Assembly: GCA_036496425.1 (NCBI GenBank)
Contig: DASXLG010000202.1
Coordinates: forward strand, 69-64,068
DNA: 64,000 nt
Source: Terriglobia bacterium
GTDB lineage: Bacteria; Acidobacteriota; Terriglobia; 20CM-2-55-15
Direction of reading: 5' to 3'
This document shows positions 27,765 through 36,285 of this stretch, in pieces. The notes beneath the pieces are model-generated. The model worked only from the letters and a program-made list of their open reading frames with translations. It was not told the origin of the DNA and searched no databases. How positions within the stretch are numbered: position 1 is the stretch's first letter; each line of letters starts with the position of its first letter. A program made the translations under genes and the position numbers.

Positions 27765-28712
27765 ATGAGCAACTCCAATGACATAGGGGAGCGGAGCGAC
27801 CGTGAGCCCGGCAGGGCGAAACAAGGAATTAACGTCGGATTCATCGGGCTCGGCCGGATGGGCCGGGGAATGGCAGGCCGCATCCTCGACGGAGGCCACG
27901 ATCTGGCCGTCTATGACGTGATGCGCGAACAGACCACCGAACTCGAAAAGGCCGGCGCACGAGTGGCTTCGTCCATCACGGATCTCTGCACAGGACGCGA
28001 CGTCGTCGTCACGATGCTGGTCGAGGACTCGACTGTCCGGGATGTGGTTCTGTCGACGAACGGCATGCGCGACTCGCTCAGCCCGGGAGCGATCCACCTG
28101 GCGATGGGAACGTATGGTGTTGCAACGATTCGGAAGCTGGCTTCCGCGCACGCCGAAGCGAAACAGATTCTGGTCGCGGCCCCGGTTCTGGGAAGGCCGG
28201 ATCTTGCCGCCTCCGGACAACTTGGCATCGTCTCCGCCGGACCCGCTGACGCCGTGGAGCGCTGCGCTCCTTTGTTCAAAGTGATGGGCCGCAGGACCTT
28301 CCATGCCGGCGCGCCGCCCGACGCCGCCACCGCGATCAAACTCGCGAATAACGGCGTTCTCGGCGCGGCCATGATCGCAATGGCTGAAGCATTTTCGCTG
28401 ATACGCAAATATAATGTGGCGCCACAGGTTCTTTACGACGTCATGACGGAAGGCCTGTTCGCCGGCGCTCCCGCTTATACGGGCTACGGCAAAACGATGG
28501 TCGATGAAACATATGACCGCGTCGGGTCGCCCGTTACCGTCGGATTGAAGGACGCCAATCTGATCCTCGCCGCCGCCGACATCGCGCGCGTTCCCATGCC
28601 GAGCCTGAATGTCTACCGCGACCGGCTGCTCGGCGCGATCGCGCACGGCGACGGAGACAGGGATCAGGCGGTGCTGGCGAGAGAGCAGGCAAGAGCGAGT
28701 GGGTTGGAATAA
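27765..28712 (+). CDS. NAD(P)-dependent HIBADH-family dehydrogenase (second, divergent copy)
   Basis: Trimmed to the ATG at 27765, which is preceded by GGGAGG. INVGFIGLGRMGRGMA... Rossmann motif. Confidence 0.8.
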   Translation: MSNSNDIGERSDREPGRAKQGINVGFIGLGRMGRGMAGRILDGGHDLAVYDVMREQTTELEKAGARVASSITDLCTGRDVVVTMLVEDSTVRDVVLSTNGMRDSLSPGAIHLAMGTYGVATIRKLASAHAEAKQILVAAPVLGRPDLAASGQLGIVSAGPADAVERCAPLFKVMGRRTFHAGAPPDAATAIKLANNGVLGAAMIAMAEAFSLIRKYNVAPQVLYDVMTEGLFAGAPAYTGYGKTMVDETYDRVGSPVTVGLKDANLILAAADIARVPMPSLNVYRDRLLGAIAHGDGDRDQAVLAREQARASGLE

Positions 28713-28719
28713 AACCTTT

Positions 28720-28807
28720 ATTGGAGATTCGAGATTGGAGGTTGGAAATTAGAAATTTGCGGCACCGAAAATTTCCAATTTCCAACCTCCAATCTCGAAT
28801 TTCCAAT
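28720..28807. repeat. AT-rich palindromic element, copy 1 (TTGGAAATT family)
   Basis: 38-nt arms with 2 mismatches (ATTGGAGATTCGAGATTGGAGGTTGGAAATTAGAAATT ... AATTTCCAATTTCCAACCTCCAATCTCGAATTTCCAAT) and a 12-nt loop. GC about 33% in a ~60% GC background. Sits between the stop at 28712 and the ATG at 28828. Confidence 0.7.
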
Positions 28808-28827
28808 AAGTTTATAGGAGTTAAAAC

Positions 28828-30024
28828 ATGGATCTAGGTAATGGTCTCGGTCATCTGACGTATTCAACGCTGGTCCACCCGGGCGACACGTGGGAGGACA
28901 TGTGGCACAGCCTGATAACGTATGTGCCAAAGGTGAAGGAACGGATTTCTCCGAAGGAGCCGTTCGGCATTTCCCTTCGCCTTGCAAACGCATCCGCCGA
29001 GCGTCTCGTCAATGACAAGAAGGAACGGGACAAGCTGAAGAAGTTTCTCGCCGACAATGACATGTATCTTTACACGGTGAACGCGTTCCCGTATGGGCCG
29101 TTCAAGGGACGCGTCGTCAAGGAACAGGTTTATGAACCGGATTGGCGGAGCGATGAGCGAACGCAGTACACCATCAATGTCGCCGAAATCCTGGGCGATG
29201 TCGCTCCGGAAGGAAGCTCGCCCTCGATCCAGAGCGCTCCACTTGGTTTCAAGCCCCGCGTGACCGGACCGGACGTAGTCGCAAGCTATACCGAGCACGT
29301 CCTGCGCGTTGCCGCCCGCCTGGTCGATATCCATGCCCGCACCGGCCGCATGGTTGGCCTGGCGCTCGAACCCGAGCCGTTCTGCTTCCTGGAAACCACG
29401 GACGAAGCCGTGGACTACTTCACGAATCATCTGTACTCCGGCGCCGCCGCCGCGCGGGTGGCAAAGCTGGCCGGCATTCCGATCTCCGAAGCGCACATCG
29501 CATTGCGCCGGCACGTGGGTGTCGTGTTCGACATCTGCCATCAGGCGGTCGAATACGAGAACATTTCGGAATCGCTCCAGAAGCTGGTGAACGCCGGCAT
29601 CCCGATTTTCAAACTTCAGGAGGCCGCAGCGCTCTACATGCCGGAAGTGAACCCGGGCGTCATCGATGTGCTGACGCGCTTCGCGGACACGATCTACCTG
29701 ACACAGACGATGGAAAAGAAGGAAGGCCGGTTCAATCGATTCCTCAACCTCGAAGACGCCTTCGCAGCGTGGAAACAGAGTTCGGGTCCGCGGGAGTGGC
29801 GGACCCACATTCACGTGCCGGTTTTTCTCGACGACCTCGGGATGTTCCGGACCACGCGTTTCGCGATCGAAGACGCCTTGCGCTATCACAAGGCGAATCC
29901 GCTCTCACGGCAACTCGAAATCGAGACGTATACGTGGGATGTGCTGCCCGCAAGCTTGAAGACCGGCGATGTGGTGGATTACGTCTGCCGTGAACTGGAG
30001 TGGGTCAAGAGCCAGCTTTTGTAA
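28828..30024 (+). CDS. xylose-isomerase-like TIM-barrel protein (sugar phosphate isomerase/epimerase; EboE-like?)
   Basis: 398 aa. AGGAG SD. Conserved His/Glu-containing blocks of AP-endonuclease-2 / xylose-isomerase-like TIM barrels (HIHVPVF...). The EboE assignment is tentative. Confidence 0.65.
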   Translation: MDLGNGLGHLTYSTLVHPGDTWEDMWHSLITYVPKVKERISPKEPFGISLRLANASAERLVNDKKERDKLKKFLADNDMYLYTVNAFPYGPFKGRVVKEQVYEPDWRSDERTQYTINVAEILGDVAPEGSSPSIQSAPLGFKPRVTGPDVVASYTEHVLRVAARLVDIHARTGRMVGLALEPEPFCFLETTDEAVDYFTNHLYSGAAAARVAKLAGIPISEAHIALRRHVGVVFDICHQAVEYENISESLQKLVNAGIPIFKLQEAAALYMPEVNPGVIDVLTRFADTIYLTQTMEKKEGRFNRFLNLEDAFAAWKQSSGPREWRTHIHVPVFLDDLGMFRTTRFAIEDALRYHKANPLSRQLEIETYTWDVLPASLKTGDVVDYVCRELEWVKSQLL

Positions 30025-30027
30025 CTA

Positions 30028-30104
30028 CTGGAAATTCGAAATTGGAAGTTGGAAATTTCTTATATAAGAAATGAAGCAACCTCCAATTTCGAATTTCCAA
30101 TAAG
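30028..30104. repeat. AT-rich palindromic element, copy 2 (TTGGAAATT family)
   Basis: CTGGAAATTCGAAATTGGAAGTTGGAAATTTC ... GAAATGAAGCAACCTCCAATTTCGAATTTCCAATAAGTT. Shares the arm sequence and the 3' end (CGAATTTCCAATAAGTT) with copy 1, in the same orientation. Confidence 0.7.
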
Positions 30105-30108
30105 TTCT

Positions 30109-31287
30109 TTACGACCGAATAAGCGAATACCTGGGGTCCGCCGCCAGACACTCTGCTTCCGGCAGTCCAAGTTCCTTCTTCACGATATTGGTGCCGCGCA
30201 CCAACGCCACCGTCTTGTAATACGCATGGCGGCGGCTCATACCTTCACGTCCCATGCCGCAGTCCGTCGTTACAGCGAGGCGGTCGGGTGAAATAAACTT
30301 CAACGACTGACGCAGCAGGTCGGCCACTTCTTCGGGACTTTCCACCTGGAGCGTGTGGTGGTCGATGACGCCGATGGCGATTTTCTTTCCCGTGATCCCT
30401 TTGCACACGGCCTCGAGGTCCAGCGCATTCGAGCTCTTCATTTCGAACGTGATGAGATCCGCATCGACTTGATTGAGAACTTCAAGGGCCGGTTTGTAAG
30501 ACTGCACGTGCGCGAACATGCGCTGCTGAGACGGATTGCCCCAGCAGGTATGACACCAGACTTCCGTCTTCGCCCGCAGTCCTTTGACGGTGTTGTTGAA
30601 CACCTTCAACATGAAATCCAGCGTGATGTCCTTGTTTGGAACCGGGCGCGCAGCGAGTAAATGGAGCTGCGGATCCTCGATCTGAATCACCTGGCATCCG
30701 GCGTCCGCGACATCGTGCAATTCCTTATTGAATGCGTCGCTCAAAGCCATGATGCGCGACGGCAGATCCTTATAGTGCTCGTCCTGGACGGCATATGCGA
30801 CCAGCTCCGGCGCCACCGTGCCGAACTTCACCGGACGGTTCGTCAGGCGCTGCGCGGCTTTCCAGACTTCGGGGTACTGCATTTCTCCGGGCGCGACAGG
30901 GCCGACGATCTTCGGCATGACGCGGGCTTCAAGATAGTCATGCAGGATGTGGCCGCGCGGGAATCCGATGCCACCGGCGCCGGCGCGGGCGAGTTGCGGA
31001 TGGCTGGCTTCGAATCCGGCCATGTGGCGCGGAGGATAGCTGGTCCACGTCTGTCCGCCGACGTCCTGATCGAACCGGCAGTCGCCATCCGTAACGATGT
31101 CCAGGCCCGCATTCTCCTGGTCGCGGAGATAGCAGGCCAGCGCATCCGTATATTGTTCGCGGAACTTGTTGTTCGTCATCGCATCAACAAATGATTTCGT
31201 GCCCAGGTTCTCCTGGTACCAGCTCGGACGCGGAAGCGAACCGATGATGGATGTGGGCAAAACCTTACCTGCAGTCGCTTTCAGCAT
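30109..31287 (-). CDS. cobalamin-independent methionine synthase (MetE C-terminal domain)-like protein
   Basis: 392 aa. IGSLPRP N-terminal motif and C-terminal CGMG... blocks typical of the MetE/UroD-like methyltransferase fold. Confidence 0.75.
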   Translation of the reverse strand: MLKATAGKVLPTSIIGSLPRPSWYQENLGTKSFVDAMTNNKFREQYTDALACYLRDQENAGLDIVTDGDCRFDQDVGGQTWTSYPPRHMAGFEASHPQLARAGAGGIGFPRGHILHDYLEARVMPKIVGPVAPGEMQYPEVWKAAQRLTNRPVKFGTVAPELVAYAVQDEHYKDLPSRIMALSDAFNKELHDVADAGCQVIQIEDPQLHLLAARPVPNKDITLDFMLKVFNNTVKGLRAKTEVWCHTCWGNPSQQRMFAHVQSYKPALEVLNQVDADLITFEMKSSNALDLEAVCKGITGKKIAIGVIDHHTLQVESPEEVADLLRQSLKFISPDRLAVTTDCGMGREGMSRRHAYYKTVALVRGTNIVKKELGLPEAECLAADPRYSLIRS

Positions 31288-31299
31288 GATGGCTCCCGA

Positions 31300-32322
31300 T
31301 TACTTTATTTTTTCAACTATGCCGGATGCCGCCGATTTCACGATCGCTTCGGTGACGGCGGCCCCGTGGATCATTTCTTCAACTGGGATAGGAAACGCCG
31401 GACCGCCGCTTGCCGCCTTGCCGAAGGCATCGAGGCATTCGCGGCCGGCGTCCAGCGTGGCGGCCTGCCATATTTCCGGCTCTCCCTTGGCGGGCTGGAA
31501 TTTGCACGTGCCGAACAGACGCGTTCGCCGCTCTTCGGAAGACGCGCCGGCCACGTGGGTCATGCCTTCGAGGCGGACGGACCCTTTGGAACCGAACACC
31601 TGAAAGCTGAATCCCGGGCCTGTAGCCGTCAATGTACCGAGATATCCGGACATTCCATCCTTCATGCGGAACAGTATCGACGTGGTGTCGTCGCTGTCGA
31701 CTTCAACGACCCGCCTGAAGCTCTGACAGTATACGTGGTCGATCGAACCGCACAAATCGATCATTCCGTCGATCGCGTGAACGCCCATCGGCGTCAGGCC
31801 GCCGCACGGCGTTTCATCACGATGAGCGCGCCATTGGGTCGGCTTGAGCAGCAGAGCGTTTGCAAACGTCATGTTCGCTTCGACGTGCATGATGGTACCG
31901 AGACCTCCCGAGCGTATGCGGTCGCGAAGTTTGGTCATTTCCGGATGGAACCGGCGGTTGTAGCCGAGACCCAGCGTAACGCCCGCCTTACGGGTGGCGT
32001 TTACCGCGGCTTCGGCATCACTGGTGGTCAGTGCGAAGGGTTTCTCGCAAAAGACATGCATGCCTGCCTGCGCGGCGGCAACCACCTGCCGCGAGTGCAG
32101 GGAGTGCGGTGTGCAAAGCACCACCGCCTGAACATTCGAATTTTTCAGAAGGGCGTCGTAGTTTTCCGCAAGCTGCAGCTTGTGACTGTCCGCGAACGTT
32201 TTGATTTCCGGAGATATCGTCCGCGTCGTGCCGGCAACGAACCGGATGAAATCACTGCCCTGCGCAGACTCGACGATCGTCTTGCCCCACCAGCCTAATC
32301 CGACAATAGCCGCATTAATCAT
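31300..32322 (-). CDS. Gfo/Idh/MocA family oxidoreductase
   Basis: MINAAIVGLGWWG... Rossmann fold plus EKP motif (VFCEKP). Confidence 0.85.
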   Translation of the reverse strand: MINAAIVGLGWWGKTIVESAQGSDFIRFVAGTTRTISPEIKTFADSHKLQLAENYDALLKNSNVQAVVLCTPHSLHSRQVVAAAQAGMHVFCEKPFALTTSDAEAAVNATRKAGVTLGLGYNRRFHPEMTKLRDRIRSGGLGTIMHVEANMTFANALLLKPTQWRAHRDETPCGGLTPMGVHAIDGMIDLCGSIDHVYCQSFRRVVEVDSDDTTSILFRMKDGMSGYLGTLTATGPGFSFQVFGSKGSVRLEGMTHVAGASSEERRTRLFGTCKFQPAKGEPEIWQAATLDAGRECLDAFGKAASGGPAFPIPVEEMIHGAAVTEAIVKSAASGIVEKIK

Positions 32323-32390
32323 AAGACTCCTCTTGCGATTTGCGGCTATGAACTTACCACAACTGAGCGGCTGCAGGTTTACAGACAGCG

Positions 32391-33476
32391 TTAAGGAAAA
32401 CTTACTCGGATCTCCGACTCTCTGCCGGTCACCCGGTAGGTTTTGCTCGGATAATTCGGATTTTCGAAAAGGAGCATGCTGCCGATCGGAACCTTGACTT
32501 CACCCAACGGAGTCTGCCCCAGCGGCTGGCGCTGCGATCCGTCGATCGAAACCTGGGCCCACGGCTTGGCGTTGATCTGAACCGGGATATCGAACGTGAC
32601 CATTGCAGTCGTTGTCTCGTTCGGTTTGATCACATGGGTGACGACCTTGCGCAGCCCCTGGTGCCGGTATTCCAGGCTCTGATTTCCGGCAGGCAGTGTG
32701 AGAGTCGTGGGGGCGGATCCGACCAGCTGATCGCCGAGATAGATGTCTACAGTTGTAGGAGAGCTGATAGCCAGCGTTCCGGTCTGAATGGGCACAGCAA
32801 CAGGAGAAGCCGATCTGACAATGGTCTGGGGCGGCGGCGGAACAGCAGCCGTCGCAAGTGAAACGTCCGTTGGCGCAGGCAACTCCACGGCTGCCGCGGC
32901 CGTGGGCGGCGGCGGTTGGGATTCAGGTTGAGGACTGAAGGAAACCGGCTCCGTCGCGACGGCCGCGGCCGCGGTCTGAGGAACGTTGCCGCTTTTGGAC
33001 CGCCCGGAAAGAGCCAGAAACCCAACCACTCCGGCAATGGCCACAATCAGGGTAATACCGGCCAAACCTCCTACAGAATTTTTCCGCACCGGGGCGGGCG
33101 GCGGCACGGGCCGTCGCTTGGGAACTTGCGCGACAAATGCCAGGTCCTGGCGCGCCGCGCGCGCCGGCTTGACGACAGGCGCCGGGGCAGGCGATGGAAC
33201 CGGCGGGGACGGTAGCGGCGAAGCTTGAGGCGCCGCGGGTTGAAGCGGCAGCAGCGACGCTGCCTCGGTCATCGGAGCCCGTGCTTTCTCTAGAAGCGCC
33301 TTTGCAGCTTTGTTTTCAGGATCGACAGCCAGAAACCGCAGAATGATTCCCTCCGCGGTCTTCCGGTATTTTTCTGGACTGTCGCACCAGGGTTTTTCTT
33401 CGAGCAAAACCCGCGCATTTTCCAAATCTCGATCTAATCCTTCAATGGACATCGCCTGACTCACTTCCTTGCGCAT
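32391..33476 (-). CDS. proline-rich single-pass membrane protein with C-terminal PEGA domain
   Basis: 361 aa. Central P/A-rich low-complexity region, one TM (LAGITLIVAIAGVVGFLAL) and a PEGA-like C-terminus (VDIYLGDQLVGSAPTTLTLPAGNQSLEYRHQGL). Confidence 0.55.
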   Translation of the reverse strand: MRKEVSQAMSIEGLDRDLENARVLLEEKPWCDSPEKYRKTAEGIILRFLAVDPENKAAKALLEKARAPMTEAASLLPLQPAAPQASPLPSPPVPSPAPAPVVKPARAARQDLAFVAQVPKRRPVPPPAPVRKNSVGGLAGITLIVAIAGVVGFLALSGRSKSGNVPQTAAAAVATEPVSFSPQPESQPPPPTAAAAVELPAPTDVSLATAAVPPPPQTIVRSASPVAVPIQTGTLAISSPTTVDIYLGDQLVGSAPTTLTLPAGNQSLEYRHQGLRKVVTHVIKPNETTTAMVTFDIPVQINAKPWAQVSIDGSQRQPLGQTPLGEVKVPIGSMLLFENPNYPSKTYRVTGRESEIRVSFP

Positions 33477-33623
33477 CCTGCCATGTTCATACGGCCAGTC
33501 CGTGGTCGTGGGAAACCGAAGTCTTATCGGTCTTTACAGCCTACGGAGCTCGCACGTTATCGTGGGGTCATAGCCACGTCTATTTCTTTTGTAATCGAGT
33601 ACGACGAAATCAGGCCTGATTTT

Positions 33624-34793
33624 TCAGCTATTTGGAGAGGACCAGAGACGACGGGAGACAATATCCGCCCCTTCGCGGAGCGCTTTGAGTTTCAACCAGA
33701 CGGCTGGTTCGATGACCCATTCGCGCCCGGTGAACGTCCCAAAACCGCAGTCGGCGCTGGCAATCACCCGTTCGCGGTCACCGACCGCAGTCACGGCTTC
33801 CTCAATGCGGCGAGCGACGACTTCAGGATGCTCGACGATATTACTGGTGGTCTCGACGCATCCCGGAACCAGGACCATCTCCACCGGAAGAGGGTGACGG
33901 CGGAAGGCGGAATACTCATGCTGATGACGCGGGTTGGCGAACTCAATACTCAACGCGCCGACCCTGGCCTGGTAAAGCACAGGCAGCACCAGATCGAGCG
34001 GCACATCGAAAACATGTGGACCGTCCCAATTTCCCCAGCAGCAGTGCAGTCTCACCCGATCGCGCGGAATTCCTTCGATCGCTTTGTTGATGGCGGCGAC
34101 ATGCTTTTCAATTCCCGCGACGAATTGCGCGTCGGTTGCATCGCGGTAGAACATGGACCGATCCATTGCCAGGTCGGGCGAATCGATCTGCACGATAAAG
34201 CCGGCCTCATGAATCGCGCGGTATTCATTGCTTAACTCGCGCGCGAGCGCCATGAGGTACGCCTCGTGCGAATCGTAGTAGGCGTTGAGCATGGTAGTTG
34301 AAACAATGCCGGGCGAAGGCGCAGTGATGAAACAGTCTGAAAATGCCGGCGCCGCCTGAAGGGCCCGCTTGAGCCGGGCAAGTTCCTCGCGGATGGCGCC
34401 CGTTCCCAGATAGTGCAGTTCTTTTTGTGCCTCGGGCGCATTTTGCATGCGGCTGCGCTTCGGGAAGCGCTGTTTCAGAACCTCGATCAGCTCCGGGAAT
34501 TCTTCATAATCGCGGCCGCGGCGGCGCTTCGATTCTCCCGCAAATCCGGACATCCGCTGCGCCACATAGGTCTGAAACCCGACGCGCTGCTGTTCGCCGT
34601 CATTGCCGATATCGACACCGGCCGCCGCCTGCTTTTCGACTACATGTTGCACGGCACGACCCATGGCACGCGCGAGCGCGTCTTTATCGACAGCGGCTCC
34701 CTCTTCGCGGCGGACCAGTAGGTCAGAAAGTTCGTCGTTGCGCGGCAAGCTTCCGACATGAGTTACGAGAATGCGATCGCGGCTGCTGTTCAT
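33624..34793 (-). CDS. MetE-like (cobalamin-independent methionine synthase family) protein, second copy
   Basis: Tool ORF trimmed to the internal ATG (MNSSRDRILVTHVGSLPRNDEL...). The start coordinate is +/-1 nt because the printed text and ORF-track coordinates disagree by one base in this region. Confidence 0.7.
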   Translation of the reverse strand: MNSSRDRILVTHVGSLPRNDELSDLLVRREEGAAVDKDALARAMGRAVQHVVEKQAAAGVDIGNDGEQQRVGFQTYVAQRMSGFAGESKRRRGRDYEEFPELIEVLKQRFPKRSRMQNAPEAQKELHYLGTGAIREELARLKRALQAAPAFSDCFITAPSPGIVSTTMLNAYYDSHEAYLMALARELSNEYRAIHEAGFIVQIDSPDLAMDRSMFYRDATDAQFVAGIEKHVAAINKAIEGIPRDRVRLHCCWGNWDGPHVFDVPLDLVLPVLYQARVGALSIEFANPRHQHEYSAFRRHPLPVEMVLVPGCVETTSNIVEHPEVVARRIEEAVTAVGDRERVIASADCGFGTFTGREWVIEPAVWLKLKALREGADIVSRRLWSSPNS

Positions 34794-34805
34794 CGTCCAC
34801 AGTAT

Positions 34806-34859
34806 AGGGTCGCACACCTGAATTCCCGAATTCGAATTCGGGAGTTCAGGTGTGCGACC
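34806..34859. repeat. 54-bp near-perfect palindrome (GGGTCGCACACCTGAATTCCCGAATTC|GAATTCGGGAGTTCAGGTGTGCGACCC)
   Basis: 27-bp arms with a single G-U wobble and no loop. It overlaps the last codons and stop of the GT2 gene, and ends about 10 nt before the MetE-like start. Coordinates are +/-1. Confidence 0.65.
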
Positions 34860-36279
34860 CCCTCCGCCCCATGCGCCCCACATTCCGCGCGAAGCGGTCC
34901 CAACTCCTATCGCCGCGGAGAAATTGCACGACGCCTTTTGCGTTCGCATACACGAGGATCGGCCGATAAAGCAGCAGATCCAGCGGCGCAATCAGCGCCA
35001 TTCGTGTCAGCGCGCTCACCCGGTAATAGTGGAAGGCCGATTCGTTCAACCACAAACTGATCTCCGACATGATTCCGAGCGCAAGCACCTGAATCCCGAG
35101 CAGGGAAAAGAACTCTTTGAGATCCACCAATCGCAGCCAAAGCCCAAGACCCAGGGAAGCCAGGACGATCAACTGTACGAATGGCCCGAAACACTCGGAA
35201 ATAATCAAATACGGTAACCCGACAAACCCGAGCGCGCCGTAACGTGGCCGGAATAGAACTCTTCGGTAGTGCCACACCGTCTCCAGGATCACGCGCTGCC
35301 AGCGCGCCCGCTGGCTGATAAGCGCTGTAAGCCGCTCAGGGCCTTCGGTCGCCCCCACGATATCGGGAAGCGACAGGACGCGGCCGGGCCTCTTGTCGCG
35401 CTTGTACCTCTCCAGAACCCGGACTGTCATTTCGAGGTCTTCGCAGGTGAAAGCGGGCGAGAAGCCTCCAACCTCGAGCACGACGTCACGGCGCCAGATG
35501 GCAAAAGCCCCGCTGGCGCACAGCATGATGTTCATGCGGCTCCATGCCAGGCGATTGTTGAGAAATGACCGAAGAATCTCCAGGTGCTGGAAGTTGATCC
35601 AGAGATGCCGATCGATGTTCTTGTTTCCGATTTCGCCGGCCTCCTCCTGAAGTTCATGCCGGACGGCAACAATGCTGGTAATACCCAGCACTCCGGCCGG
35701 ATCTTTAATCGCCGGGCGCATCGCAACCAGCAGCGCATCGGGTTCGTATGCCGCATCGCCGTCGACGCAGCAGATATAACGGTCGCGCGCGAAGTTTACT
35801 CCGCAGTTCAACGCGTCGGCTTTGCCGCCGTTGCATTTATCGATGACGATCAGCCGTGGATCGGTCCGGCTGCGATAAATAGCACGCACGGGGCTGGTTT
35901 GCAGGAGCCGCCGCGCTGTCACACTGACCGACTGCAAGACGAATTCCCGGCGAAGTGCTCCAAGCGTTTCGTCTTTTGATCCGTCGTTAACGACGACAAT
36001 TTCAAATTCCGGATACTCAAAGGCCAGGAGCCGGCGCACCACCGCTCCAATCATGCCCTGCTCGTTGTAGACCGGGACAATGACGGAGACGGGGATGGTG
36101 AAGCGCGAATCCGACAACGCATCATAATCGTCCGTATGCGACTCGGCCGTACGTCTCCGGTTTTCCAACATGGCGACAATGGCCATGAACAGAGTGAAGG
36201 CGTAAAGCAGCATCAGGTATGCAAAACTGAGCAGAAAGGTCCAATCGAAGAATGGTCTTAGCGCGAGCCCTGAAATCAT
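34846..36279 (-). CDS. family 2 glycosyltransferase, processive synthase type (PgaC/IcaA/BcsA-like)
   Basis: 477 aa with N- and C-terminal TM segments. Carries the GT2 DxD and QxxRW-type blocks (...VNDGSKDET..., ...QRARWQRV...). Confidence 0.85.
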   Translation of the reverse strand: MISGLALRPFFDWTFLLSFAYLMLLYAFTLFMAIVAMLENRRRTAESHTDDYDALSDSRFTIPVSVIVPVYNEQGMIGAVVRRLLAFEYPEFEIVVVNDGSKDETLGALRREFVLQSVSVTARRLLQTSPVRAIYRSRTDPRLIVIDKCNGGKADALNCGVNFARDRYICCVDGDAAYEPDALLVAMRPAIKDPAGVLGITSIVAVRHELQEEAGEIGNKNIDRHLWINFQHLEILRSFLNNRLAWSRMNIMLCASGAFAIWRRDVVLEVGGFSPAFTCEDLEMTVRVLERYKRDKRPGRVLSLPDIVGATEGPERLTALISQRARWQRVILETVWHYRRVLFRPRYGALGFVGLPYLIISECFGPFVQLIVLASLGLGLWLRLVDLKEFFSLLGIQVLALGIMSEISLWLNESAFHYYRVSALTRMALIAPLDLLLYRPILVYANAKGVVQFLRGDRSWDRFARNVGRMGRRGSHT

Positions 36280-36285
36280 GGCTGT

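Noticed and set aside
33483-34235. 250-aa ORF antisense to the second MetE-like gene (similar cases: 52585..53439, 53766..54710, 31366..32298, 703..2253)
   Set aside because: Each is opposite a gene with strong family signatures and has junk-like composition with no start context.
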